From Candidatus Scatocola faecipullorum (GTDB lineage: Bacteria; Pseudomonadota; Alphaproteobacteria; RF32; CAG-239): a stretch of 64,000 nt of DNA. The translations under genes were made by a program, and so were the position numbers. Below, one piece after another: positions 38,083-47,608 of this stretch. The stretch covers positions 12,693 to 76,692 of the forward strand of contig DVNC01000021.1 in NCBI GenBank assembly GCA_018714685.1, given 5' to 3'. Below the pieces are notes generated by a model that did no database searches, was not told the DNA's origin, and was given only the letters and a program-made list of their open reading frames with translations. Position 1 is the stretch's first letter; the number at the start of each line of letters is the position of its first letter.

Positions 38083-39027
38083 TTATAAATCTTTTGCCAG
38101 AGCCTCGATTTCGGCGACGGAGCCGACCGAGACGGCGTTTATTTCTTTATGGCTGCGCTTAATAATTCCCGAGAGAACTTTGCCGGCGCCGAGTTCAACA
38201 ACGTCGGTGACGCCCTGATCAGCCATATAATTGACGCTTTCACGCCAGCGGACCGACCCGGTTACCTGTTCAATCAGATGTTTGACAATTTCTTTTTCAT
38301 CGCTGATAGCCGTTGCCAAAACGTTGGCAATGAGCGGAATTTCAGCTTTATGAGCTTCGACTTCTGCCAGAGCTTTAGCCATAACTTCAGCCGCAGGCTG
38401 CATCAGAGGACTGTGGAAAGGTGCGCTGACCGGAAGTTTGATACAGCGCTTGGCTCCGAATTCAGAGGCAATTTCAACGGCTTTGTCGATGGCGGCCATA
38501 TGTCCGGAAAGGACGACCTGGCCGTCAGCATTGTCATTGGCGGCAACACAAAGGTTGTTATCGTCAGCGCAGGCTTCAGCCAAAGCCTGGACATCCTGAT
38601 AAGAAACGCCAATCACAGCAGCCATGCCGCCGACCCCGACCGGGACGGCCTGTTGCATAGCTTCACCGCGGGTCCGCAACAGTTTTGCGGTATCGCGCAG
38701 AGAGAAGACGCCGGCAGCGCAAGCAGCCGAATATTCACCCAAAGAATGTCCGGCGACAAAGCTGGCTTTGTCTTTCAGTTTGATTCCGAAATCTTTTTCC
38801 AATACGCGAACGACGGCCATGGAATTGGCCATAAGGGCAGGCTGGGCATTGGCGGTGAGCGTCAGCTCGTGTTCCGGCCCTTCAACCATCAATTTGAACA
38901 AATCCTGAGAAACAGCGTCGTTGACTTCTTGAAATACGTCCCGTGCCGACTGAAAATTATCGGCAAGTTCTTTCCCCATGCCGACAAATTGTGAACCCTG
39001 GCCGGGGAATACAAAGGTATATTTCAT
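38083..39027 (-). CDS. fabD: Malonyl-CoA:ACP transacylase FabD
   Basis: FPGQGSQ N-terminus, active-site GHSLGEYSA, 314 aa. Confidence 0.95.
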   Translation of the reverse strand: MKYTFVFPGQGSQFVGMGKELADNFQSARDVFQEVNDAVSQDLFKLMVEGPEHELTLTANAQPALMANSMAVVRVLEKDFGIKLKDKASFVAGHSLGEYSAACAAGVFSLRDTAKLLRTRGEAMQQAVPVGVGGMAAVIGVSYQDVQALAEACADDNNLCVAANDNADGQVVLSGHMAAIDKAVEIASEFGAKRCIKLPVSAPFHSPLMQPAAEVMAKALAEVEAHKAEIPLIANVLATAISDEKEIVKHLIEQVTGSVRWRESVNYMADQGVTDVVELGAGKVLSGIIKRSHKEINAVSVGSVAEIEALAKDL

Positions 39028-39175
39028 CTAAAAAACCTCTATTTGTTATTCATATGTACTGTTCAGGTTTAGCGTTTTTGTGCAAAAAGTCAAGTTTTAA
39101 TCCGCGGTTAGTCAGAGGTTTGCGGCAGCGGGGATTTTTGCAAAATTAATAATCTGTTGATGATTTCTGACTATA

Positions 39176-41536
39176 ATGGGCTTAATTTTGGATAAACAGG
39201 TGAGAAAAATGGCTAAAAAGAAAACCAAAAAACAAAAATCTTTAATGCGGCGGCTGATTGAACGCTTGGGCGGGCTGATTCTTATTTTAATTTTTATTGC
39301 GGTTTTTGCCGCCGTGGCGGGTTATCATCCTCAGGATCCCGGTGCCAATGCCGCAGGGGTGCTGCCGGTGCGTAACTATCTTGGTTATCCGGGAGCTTAT
39401 CTTGCCGATTGTGTTTTAAAGAGTTTTGGTTTGGCTTTGCCGGTATTTCTACTGGCTTTTCCGGTTTGGGGCTATACGCTGCTGCGGCAAAAAGAATTTT
39501 TGCATCCGTACAGCCGGACGGCGGCCTGGATTTTGGGAGTTAATTTTTTTGCCGCATTTCTGGCCTTGCTTCCTTCGTGGATGGGCGCTTTCGAAATGGG
39601 CGGATTTATGGGAAAATTTTTAAGCCGCCATTTGATGAGTTTTATCAGCATTATTTATAAATACGGTTATGCGCAGGTATGGGTTGGGGCCATTTTGCTG
39701 TTGCTGGCCTGGCTCGCTTTTGATTATGTTATGGGAATTACTTATAAAACCTGGTGGAAAGGTATCCGTACCGCGGCATTGGCGGTTTGGAAGGTTCTGA
39801 AGGCTTTCAAATCAGCTTTTGCGCTGATGTTCAGTTTCCGCAAGCGTCCGTATTTGCCGGAAGAGGCGGACAAACCGGCCAAGAAAAGCCGCAAAGCGGG
39901 TAAAGCCAAAGCGAAAGCTGAAGAAGAACGGATTGAACCGGGATTTGGCGAACGTCAGATTGCGGCGCGGGAGGAAAAACCGGCGGACAAAGCGCCGCTT
40001 CGCAAGGAAAAGAATATGCCGAAAGGAGATGTTTCGGATGACGGTTATCAACGTCCGAGCGTTGATTTGCTGAAACGTCCGAAAGACAAGGGCGGTAACA
40101 ATGTCAGCAAAGAAGAGCTGGACAATATTGCCCGGGAATTGGAAAGCGTGTTGCAGGAGTTCGGCGTCAACGGCAAAATCGTGAAGGTTCGTCCGGGACC
40201 GGTGGTTACGTTATATGAGCTTGAACCGGCGCCGGGAACCAAGTCGGCCCGGGTTATCGGTTTGGCCGATGATATTGCCCGTTCGATGTCGGTGATTTCG
40301 GTTCGTATTGCGGTGGTTCCGGGCTGCAATACCATCGGTATTGAATTGCCGAACAAAAACCGTGAAACGGTTTGGCTGCGCGATTTGTTTGAAGATCCGG
40401 ATTTTATGAATTCCAAAAATGAGCTGAACGTTGTTTTGGGCAAAGACATCGGCGGCAAAGATGTGTATGCCGATTTGAGCAAAATGCCGCACTTGCTGGT
40501 TGCCGGTACGACCGGTTCCGGTAAATCCGTGGGGGTCAATTCAATGATTTTATCATTGTTGTTCCGTATGCGTCCGGAAGAATGCAAATTGATTATGATT
40601 GACCCGAAAATGCTTGAATTTTCAATGTATAACGGGATTCCGCATCTGTTGACTCCGGTTATTACCGACCCGGCCAAGGCGGTTATCGGTTTGAAATGGG
40701 CGGTTAAGGAGATGGAAGACCGCTATCGGGCAATGGCGCAGCTGAATGTGCGCAATATTGCCGGCTATAACCAAAAACTGGCCGAGCTGCGGGCCAGCGG
40801 AAAATCGGTTAAGCGAACGGTTCAAACCGGATTTGACAGCGAAACCGGCAAACCTATCTATGAAGAGCAGGAGCTGGATTTGACTCCGTTGCCTTATATT
40901 GTGATTGTGGTGGATGAAATGGCCGACTTGATGCTGGTGGCCGGCAAAGAAGTCGAGGCGGCTATTCAGCGTTTGGCCCAAATGGCACGTGCGGCCGGGC
41001 TGCATCTGATTATGTCAACCCAGCGTCCGTCGGTTGACGTTATTACCGGTACGATTAAGGCCAATTTCCCGACCCGCATTTCTTTTCAGGTTACTTCCAA
41101 AATCGACAGCCGCACCATTCTCGGTGAGCAGGGGGCCGAGCAGCTGCTGGGCAAAGGCGATATGCTTTATATGCCGGCCGGTTTGCGCCCGATCCGTATT
41201 CACGGAGCTTTTGCCAGCGATGCCGAGATAGAGGGCGTGGTTGAGTTTATCAAGTCGCAGAAGGCGCCGGAATATGTTGAAGGGGTTACCGCAGGAGAAC
41301 TGAATGAAAAGGACAGCGGTGCAGTCTTTGACAAAGGCGATTTCGGCGGCGGAGGCGAAGAAGACCTTTACGCTCAGGCGGTGGCGATTGTTCAGCAGGA
41401 CAAGAAAGCGTCAACCAGCTATATTCAGCGTAAGCTGCGTATCGGTTATAACCGGGCGGCTTCATTAATTGACCGTATGGAGCAGGAAGGGTTGATATCG
41501 GCGGCTGATCATGTGGGACGCCGTGAAGTTCTTTAA
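39176..41536 (+). CDS. ftsK: DNA translocase FtsK
   Basis: N-terminal TM segments, Pro/Lys-rich linker, motor domain with Walker A GTTGSGKS and Walker B IVIVVDE, C-terminal gamma winged-helix. Confidence 0.95.
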   Translation: MGLILDKQVRKMAKKKTKKQKSLMRRLIERLGGLILILIFIAVFAAVAGYHPQDPGANAAGVLPVRNYLGYPGAYLADCVLKSFGLALPVFLLAFPVWGYTLLRQKEFLHPYSRTAAWILGVNFFAAFLALLPSWMGAFEMGGFMGKFLSRHLMSFISIIYKYGYAQVWVGAILLLLAWLAFDYVMGITYKTWWKGIRTAALAVWKVLKAFKSAFALMFSFRKRPYLPEEADKPAKKSRKAGKAKAKAEEERIEPGFGERQIAAREEKPADKAPLRKEKNMPKGDVSDDGYQRPSVDLLKRPKDKGGNNVSKEELDNIARELESVLQEFGVNGKIVKVRPGPVVTLYELEPAPGTKSARVIGLADDIARSMSVISVRIAVVPGCNTIGIELPNKNRETVWLRDLFEDPDFMNSKNELNVVLGKDIGGKDVYADLSKMPHLLVAGTTGSGKSVGVNSMILSLLFRMRPEECKLIMIDPKMLEFSMYNGIPHLLTPVITDPAKAVIGLKWAVKEMEDRYRAMAQLNVRNIAGYNQKLAELRASGKSVKRTVQTGFDSETGKPIYEEQELDLTPLPYIVIVVDEMADLMLVAGKEVEAAIQRLAQMARAAGLHLIMSTQRPSVDVITGTIKANFPTRISFQVTSKIDSRTILGEQGAEQLLGKGDMLYMPAGLRPIRIHGAFASDAEIEGVVEFIKSQKAPEYVEGVTAGELNEKDSGAVFDKGDFGGGGEEDLYAQAVAIVQQDKKASTSYIQRKLRIGYNRAASLIDRMEQEGLISAADHVGRREVL

Positions 41537-41691
41537 TTAAAAGCTGTCGGACTTCCGCATAAGCGGGATTTGTTAATTCTTGCAGAAGAGTTTCCAGTTC
41601 TTGCAAGTGACAATAAGAACTATGGCGAATTTCAAACACGCGGGTATAAAAAAGCCCCGTTTGAACGGGGCTGTGAACGGGCTTTGCAGGA

Positions 41692-42270
41692 TTATTTTCC
41701 GCCTTTGGTAACAACGACCATGGCTTCCCGCAGAATACGGTCGTTCAGCATATAGCCGGTTTGCAATTCGGCAATGATTGTGCCGTTGGGTTTTTCTTTG
41801 TCTTCGACTTCCTGAATGACCTGATGAAAGTTCGGATCAAAAACGGTGTCCATAATTTCCATTTTTTTGATGCCGAATTTGTTAAAGACTTTGGTGAGTT
41901 CGTTTTCGGTCAGTTCAACACCTTTACGCAGCGCTTCGCAGTTTTCGGAATTGTCTTTGCCGATGGCGTCGATGGCGCGGTGCAGATTGTCGGCAACGGT
42001 CAACAGATCTTTGGCAAAAGACGAAATGGCATATTTGTTGTTTTTTTCAATTTCCTGAGCGCAGCGTTTTTTGGTGTTTTCGGCATCAGCGTAAGCGCGC
42101 AGAAATTCTTCTTTCAGCTGGCGGTTTTCGGCTTGGAGTTTTTCGATTTCGTCATCAGCTGCAGCGGTTTTTGCTTCCTCTTCCTCAGCGGCGATTTCTT
42201 CTTCTGCCTCGGTAATATCTTCGTTCAAATTTTCTTTATCGGGGGCGGGTTCTTTTTTGAACTTTTTCAT
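41692..42270 (-). CDS. grpE: Nucleotide exchange factor GrpE
   Basis: Acidic N-terminus, coiled coil, and a C-terminal GrpE block (…RKRCAQEIEK…VIQEVE…). Confidence 0.9.
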   Translation of the reverse strand: MKKFKKEPAPDKENLNEDITEAEEEIAAEEEEAKTAAADDEIEKLQAENRQLKEEFLRAYADAENTKKRCAQEIEKNNKYAISSFAKDLLTVADNLHRAIDAIGKDNSENCEALRKGVELTENELTKVFNKFGIKKMEIMDTVFDPNFHQVIQEVEDKEKPNGTIIAELQTGYMLNDRILREAMVVVTKGGK

Positions 42271-42439
42271 TATTTTTCCTCTTTAAATTTTTTTAGAAAG
42301 CATGTATATATAGAGGAAATTTAGTAACTAAAGTATAACAAGTCAAGAGTAATAACAGTTTAATTTTAAATCTGGATTTTTTGGCTGACTGCGTTACAAT
42401 TAGATTAATTATTTTTCTTGATGAAGAGAGTTAACAGAT

Positions 42440-44479
42440 ATGAATGCCAATGCCGTGAATTTTGATGTGCAAAATCAGCTAAGACCACTACCAAAAGCCT
42501 TTAATAAAAAGAAATTTGTTCTCTCTTATAATGTTGTCAACAATCCCATTCTCTCCGAAATTCAGAACCTTTCCAAAAAACAATGTCTAGGAAAAAATCC
42601 CTGGCCGGAAATTCAAAAAATCAATTCATGGATGATTTCGGCCGAAACCGCCACTTTTATGAAGTGGGGCGGTTTAGGAATGATCGCATCCGAGCTGCCG
42701 GAAGTTTTTAACCATGTTTTCGGCAAAAACGGCGAGCAGCTTTCAGTGGTTACCCCGATGTATCTGGGAGACACCAAAAAGAAAAAAGCGGCTTTTGAAG
42801 GCGATGTTTATACCGGTACCGAAAACAAGAAAATCCAGCTGAAGAAAATCAGGGTTATCACGGTTCCGTTTGCCGCCGACCGGCCGGCACTGCATAAGTT
42901 TAAAGTAACGGTTTATACCGGCGTTTTCAATAATACGAATTATATTTTTCTGGCCAATGACCGCTTTTTTTCAATCAATCCGCATCCGGACAATCCGTCG
43001 GCCCAGGACGGCTGTTATGTGATGAACGAGTTCGGAATTAACGAAGTTGAACGTTTTGCTTTCTTTTCCAAAGCGGTTTATGAGCTGCTGAAAGAAATTT
43101 TTGAAGGAAAAATTAAGGACATTTCCCGGCCCAATGTTTTGATTGCCAATGACTGGCACAGCGGTGCGCTGTCCGGCCTGACCAAGTATTTTACCAAAGC
43201 GCAGATTGAAGCGCAGCGGATGAGTCCGGAGCTGGCGGAGAAAATGAAGGCATTGCCGATTGTGCATGTCGCGCATCATTTGGGTTATCAGGGGTGGGAT
43301 TATGACAATACTTCCCGCATTTTGAATTCGCTTTATGAAAACACGGCAACGTTGGTGTTCAAAAATGCCAAAGCGATTAAGAACAGCAATCCCCGGGCAA
43401 CAAATACTCTGATTGTGAGCGACTGTTATAATCAGGCTTCCTGCAATTTTCATCTGGCAGACAGGGTGGTAACCGTTTCCAAAAACTATATGGAAGAAGT
43501 TTCCAAGGAATTGGGGTTTGGTTTTGATTTTCGCGATATTTTGAAAATACGCAAAGATCACCGCAATTTCTTCGGGATTGTCAACGGTTATGAAAAAAAG
43601 CTCATTTCGCCGAACAAAGAAAAAATTGAGGGGCTGAACACTTATTTTCAGGGATTTGATTTTCGGGTTTTTGATGAAAACAGTCTTGAGGCCAAAAACC
43701 ATAATAAAGCCGAATTCATCAAGTTGATTTCCAAAATTGCTGCGGATCCCGATTATAAGAAATCAGTCATTCCCCTGATAGACATTTATAAATTTGAGGA
43801 TATTTCCCAGTCAGTCAAAAATCCGGCGGAGACGCCGATTTTTTGCGCAACCAGCCGTCTGGTCGAACAAAAAGGCTATGATATTGCGGCGCAGGCAATT
43901 TTGAAGTTGATTCACGAATTTGACGATTTCAAAAAGGAACTGCCGATTTTTGTGATGGGCGGCGCCGGCGATGATACGAATTTTGCTATTTTGACGCATC
44001 TGAAAGACAAGATATCCCAAATTAATCCCAAAGCGGGAGAACGTATATTTGTCTTTCGCGGTTATCGGGACCAGTTTGCCTATGCGGTTCAATTGGCTTC
44101 GGATTTTTATCTGATGCCCTGCCGCTTTGAGCCCTGCGGTCTGACCCAAATGGAAGCCATGGCAAAAGGCGCTCTGCCGGTGGCAATGTCAACGGGCGGG
44201 CTGGTCGATACGGTTGACGACGGCGTCAACGGTTTCCGTACCGAGGTTTTCTTTACCGAAGGACGGCGGGTTTACGGCAATAATCTGACAGCCAAACGCC
44301 TGAAGAACAATGTCAACGCTTATGCCGAAACTCTGCAAAAAGTTTTGGATACGTTTTATAATAATCCGCAAACAATTACCGAAATGAAAAAAAATGCCAT
44401 GATTAAGAACTTTGGCTGGGACGTGGAAGACGGGTCGCTGTATAAGTATTACAATCTGCTGCGTTTCGGTCATCTGTAA
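42440..44479 (+). CDS. Glycogen/starch (alpha-glucan) synthase-like glycosyltransferase, GT5/GT-B fold, unusually long (679 aa)
   Basis: N-terminal K-x-GGL motif (FMKWGGLGM) and the C-terminal GT-B catalytic region with EPCGLTQMEA...GGLVDTV (E-x7-E). Roughly 200 aa longer than a typical bacterial GlgA. Confidence 0.65.
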   Translation: MNANAVNFDVQNQLRPLPKAFNKKKFVLSYNVVNNPILSEIQNLSKKQCLGKNPWPEIQKINSWMISAETATFMKWGGLGMIASELPEVFNHVFGKNGEQLSVVTPMYLGDTKKKKAAFEGDVYTGTENKKIQLKKIRVITVPFAADRPALHKFKVTVYTGVFNNTNYIFLANDRFFSINPHPDNPSAQDGCYVMNEFGINEVERFAFFSKAVYELLKEIFEGKIKDISRPNVLIANDWHSGALSGLTKYFTKAQIEAQRMSPELAEKMKALPIVHVAHHLGYQGWDYDNTSRILNSLYENTATLVFKNAKAIKNSNPRATNTLIVSDCYNQASCNFHLADRVVTVSKNYMEEVSKELGFGFDFRDILKIRKDHRNFFGIVNGYEKKLISPNKEKIEGLNTYFQGFDFRVFDENSLEAKNHNKAEFIKLISKIAADPDYKKSVIPLIDIYKFEDISQSVKNPAETPIFCATSRLVEQKGYDIAAQAILKLIHEFDDFKKELPIFVMGGAGDDTNFAILTHLKDKISQINPKAGERIFVFRGYRDQFAYAVQLASDFYLMPCRFEPCGLTQMEAMAKGALPVAMSTGGLVDTVDDGVNGFRTEVFFTEGRRVYGNNLTAKRLKNNVNAYAETLQKVLDTFYNNPQTITEMKKNAMIKNFGWDVEDGSLYKYYNLLRFGHL

Positions 44480-44535
44480 AAATTTGTCTGGCCGGCAACC
44501 GGAGCAATATAAATTTATAACTGAAAAGAGAGATA

Positions 44536-45249
44536 ATGATGAGACATTCCGGACGTGAAAATGATGAAATCCGTCAGATTGAGATTATTCCGAATTTTAA
44601 TCCTTATGCCGAGGGTTCCTGTTTGATTAAGTGCGGCAACACGCATGTGGTTTGCACCGTGAGCATGGAAGAAAAAGTTCCGGCCTGGCTGAGGGGGCAA
44701 AACCGGGGCTGGATTACTGCCGAGTATGGTATGCTGCCGCGGGCAACGCAAGTCAGAGTTCCCCGTGAACTGAAAAAGCCTTCCGGCAGGACACAGGAAA
44801 TTCAGCGCCTTATCGGGCGTTCTTTGCGTGCGGTGGTTGATTTGACCAAAATGAAAGACATTTCCTTGTGTGTGGATTGTGATGTAATTCAGGCCGACGG
44901 AGGAACCCGGACAGCATCGATTACCGGGGGGTTCGTTGCTTTGTCGCTGGCAATGGATAAGCTTTTGGCGATGAAAAAAATTAAGGAAAATCCGATAAAA
45001 GAGCATGTTGCAGCGGTTTCCTGCGCCATTCACGAAGGCTGCAAAGTGGCCGATGTTGATTATATCGAAGATTCCAATGCGCAGGCGGATATGAATTTTG
45101 TGCTGACCGAAAGCGGCAAAATTGTTGAAATTCAGGGAACGGCCGAAGGAAACCCGTTTGAAGAATCCGATTTTAACGAGCTTCTTTCTTTGGCCCGGAA
45201 GGGAATTCGGGAGCTGATTGCCAAGCAGCATGAAGCTTTGGGGAAATAA
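44536..45249 (+). CDS. rph: Ribonuclease PH
   Basis: GR(x)GRE-like region and the DCDVIQADGGTRTASITG motif, 237 aa. Confidence 0.95.
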   Translation: MMRHSGRENDEIRQIEIIPNFNPYAEGSCLIKCGNTHVVCTVSMEEKVPAWLRGQNRGWITAEYGMLPRATQVRVPRELKKPSGRTQEIQRLIGRSLRAVVDLTKMKDISLCVDCDVIQADGGTRTASITGGFVALSLAMDKLLAMKKIKENPIKEHVAAVSCAIHEGCKVADVDYIEDSNAQADMNFVLTESGKIVEIQGTAEGNPFEESDFNELLSLARKGIRELIAKQHEALGK

Positions 45250-45340
45250 CAGTTCTTTACAAACGAAAAGTTTCTGATATTTTGAAGGTGAGAAAACCAT
45301 TATTAAAATATTAGATGTCAAATTAAAAAGAGCAGAAGTT

Positions 45341-45952
45341 ATGGAAATCAAAAAATTAGTGATTGCTTCGCACAATCAGGGAAAAGTCGGTGAAATCCGT
45401 GAAATGCTGATGCCTTACGGGGTGGAAGTGGTTTCGGCGGGGGAACTTGGTTTGCCTGATGTTGAAGAAACGGCGACGACTTTTGAAGGAAATGCCAGGC
45501 TGAAAGCCTGTGCTTTGGCCAAACTATCGGGACTGCCTTGTCTGGCGGACGATTCCGGTTTGTGTGTCGATGCACTGGACGGGCGGCCGGGAGTTTTTAC
45601 CGCACGTTATGCGCCGAACCGCGATTTTGACAAGGGCATGGATAAACTTTTGGCGGAACTGAAAGATGTTTTGGCAAAAAATTCTTCCCGCGGGCGCAAG
45701 GCTCATTTTTCTTGTTGTCTGGCGCTGGCTTTGCCCGAGAATCCGGAAGGAGCGGCTGTTTTCAAAGGTTTTGTTGACGGGAAAATTGCCGAAGCCAAAG
45801 CCGGCAGCAACGGTTTCGGCTTTGATGCGGTTTTTGTTCCCGATGAGGGAGACGGCCGAACTTTTGCCCAGATGGAGGCGGCGGAAAAAGATAAAATATC
45901 GCACCGCGGCCGGGCTTTGGAAAAATTTGTTAAAGAAATTTTTGCCAATTAG
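45341..45952 (+). CDS. rdgB: Non-canonical purine NTP pyrophosphatase RdgB (Ham1 family)
   Basis: ASHNQGK N-terminus, FEGNA, SHRGRA motifs. The rph-rdgB-hemW neighbourhood is conserved. Confidence 0.9.
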   Translation: MEIKKLVIASHNQGKVGEIREMLMPYGVEVVSAGELGLPDVEETATTFEGNARLKACALAKLSGLPCLADDSGLCVDALDGRPGVFTARYAPNRDFDKGMDKLLAELKDVLAKNSSRGRKAHFSCCLALALPENPEGAAVFKGFVDGKIAEAKAGSNGFGFDAVFVPDEGDGRTFAQMEAAEKDKISHRGRALEKFVKEIFAN

Positions 45953-46011
45953 GCGTAAAAAGCAAGGAGAGCGGGAACGCTCTCCGTTTTTATTTTAAAG
46001 GAAGAAGTGAG

Positions 46012-46740
46012 ATGACCAAAATTACGCAAGCTTTTATTTTGGCTGCCGGACGAGGAAAAAGAATGTTGCAGCTGACGGACGACAGACCCAAACCGTTGGT
46101 CGAAGTTGCCGGAAAAAGTCTGATAGATTACAATATTCGCCGTTTGGCCGATGCCGGGATAAAAGACTGTGTGGTTAATTTGTGTTACAAGGGCGATATG
46201 ATTAAAGCTCATCTGGCCGGCAACAGGGAACTGAATTTTATTTTTTCGGAAGAGGAAGAAGCCTTGGAAACCGGCGGCGGAATTAAACATGCTTTGCCGA
46301 AAATGAAGCGTGAGCCGTTTGTGGTTGTGAACAGTGACGCGCTGTGGACCGAAGCCGAGGGCGGAAATTTGATAAAAGAAATGACGGATGCCTGGGATGA
46401 TGACAAATATGACATTATGCTGATGCTGCTGCCCTTGGAAAATTCTTATCATACGATGGCAAACGGCGATTATGACATTGATGCCGAGGGCTATCCGGTT
46501 CGGCGGCGCAGCAAAGAGGTTCATGCGGCTTATTTATACGGCGGGGTTTTGATTGTGCATCCGCGGGTGTTTGACAATGAACCGGAAGGCCGTTACTGGC
46601 TGATAGATATTTTTGACCGGTTAGAAAAAGCTCACCGTTTGGGATATTATCTGCATAAGGGCAAATGGTTTCATGTCGGAACGCCGGAATCGACCAAGGT
46701 TGCCGAAGATTATTTCAGTCAGAATCCGCTGTTTAAATAA
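46012..46740 (+). CDS. Sugar-1-phosphate nucleotidyltransferase (MurU-like)
   Basis: AFILAAGRGKRM...PKPLV nucleotidyltransferase N-terminus. Position upstream of addB matches the alphaproteobacterial tsaE/amgK/murU-addB-addA-trx cluster. Confidence 0.7.
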   Translation: MTKITQAFILAAGRGKRMLQLTDDRPKPLVEVAGKSLIDYNIRRLADAGIKDCVVNLCYKGDMIKAHLAGNRELNFIFSEEEEALETGGGIKHALPKMKREPFVVVNSDALWTEAEGGNLIKEMTDAWDDDKYDIMLMLLPLENSYHTMANGDYDIDAEGYPVRRRSKEVHAAYLYGGVLIVHPRVFDNEPEGRYWLIDIFDRLEKAHRLGYYLHKGKWFHVGTPESTKVAEDYFSQNPLFK

Positions 46741-47470
46741 TTGAGCGTTTGCGGGCGTTGATGAGGTTCGGTGCCGGCGGCAGAATAAGAAAGACGGCAC
46801 GGTCATCGGATTTGTGCGCGTGTTTGTGCATATTAAACGTGTCGGCAACAATCTGCTCCACGTCAAGATTATATTTGCGGTTAAAATAATCGCGCAGGTT
46901 AAACGCCTTGTCTTCGTAAGACAGGTTTTTGATGTGATAGAACTGTTTGTTCTTGTCCAGTCGCTGGCGGATGCTGAGAATTTCTTTGCCGCGGGAGAAC
47001 AGGTCGGCCAGCTGAATCAGGCGGTCATAATCGTTGTAGCGGACTTTTTTGAGAAAACCGCGGGCAAAGGCAAAAGATTTTTCATCATAAGTGGGGAAGT
47101 CTTCGGCTTTAATGTCCGGGTCGATAAAATTATGGGTAATGCAAATCGGCGCGGCATCGGGAAAACCGATTTTACGCAGGTAATTGTAGCCTTCAATACT
47201 GTGCGGAACTTTGGTGACGGTTTCGTCTTTAATTCGTCCAATGTCGTGCAGAAGCCCGAGAACATAAGCAATGTCGGGGTTGAGCTTTCCGGTTTGGCGG
47301 GCGATGTTCTCGGCAATTTTGGCAACGTTAAACACATGGATTCCGTGTTCAAAGATAATCCGCTGGTTGGAACCGTGGTAAATCCGTTCCTGCAAATAGC
47401 CGTTGGCAATCCTGACCGCGGTAATGCGCGAAGGCAGGTAAGCCTTTTCATAGTTGTTTACTGCTGACAT
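46733..47470 (-). CDS. HDIG-domain metal-dependent phosphohydrolase (paralog 3, 245 aa)
   Basis: GLLHDIGRIKDE HD motif. Same family as the two genes between rsmG and mnmG. Confidence 0.6.
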   Translation of the reverse strand: MSAVNNYEKAYLPSRITAVRIANGYLQERIYHGSNQRIIFEHGIHVFNVAKIAENIARQTGKLNPDIAYVLGLLHDIGRIKDETVTKVPHSIEGYNYLRKIGFPDAAPICITHNFIDPDIKAEDFPTYDEKSFAFARGFLKKVRYNDYDRLIQLADLFSRGKEILSIRQRLDKNKQFYHIKNLSYEDKAFNLRDYFNRKYNLDVEQIVADTFNMHKHAHKSDDRAVFLILPPAPNLINARKRSII

Positions 47471-47608
47471 GTCTTTCCGTATTTTGATGATTTTTGTCTT
47501 TCATAACATTTTTCGGCCGAGAAGACAACCCCTAAAAACGTTTCTGCTAACAAATAAAAGGGTGAGGTTTTTGTTGACTATTAAACTGGCTGTTTTAAAC
47601 TCTCAGCC

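Noticed and set aside
38149-38994. 281-aa + strand ORF antisense to fabD
   Set aside because: Wholly inside the highly conserved fabD gene with no recognisable motifs. A shadow ORF.
39661-39675. tataaatacggttat in ftsK and aaatacggttactgtg at about 36975, partial matches to the 14-mer motif
   Set aside because: Each shares only about 9-10 nt (AAATACGGTT) and lacks the TTTAAATAC…GTGT ends. Treated as chance partial matches.
44515-45375. 286-aa minus-strand ORF overlapping rph
   Set aside because: rph on the plus strand is highly conserved. The antisense product has no domain signature.
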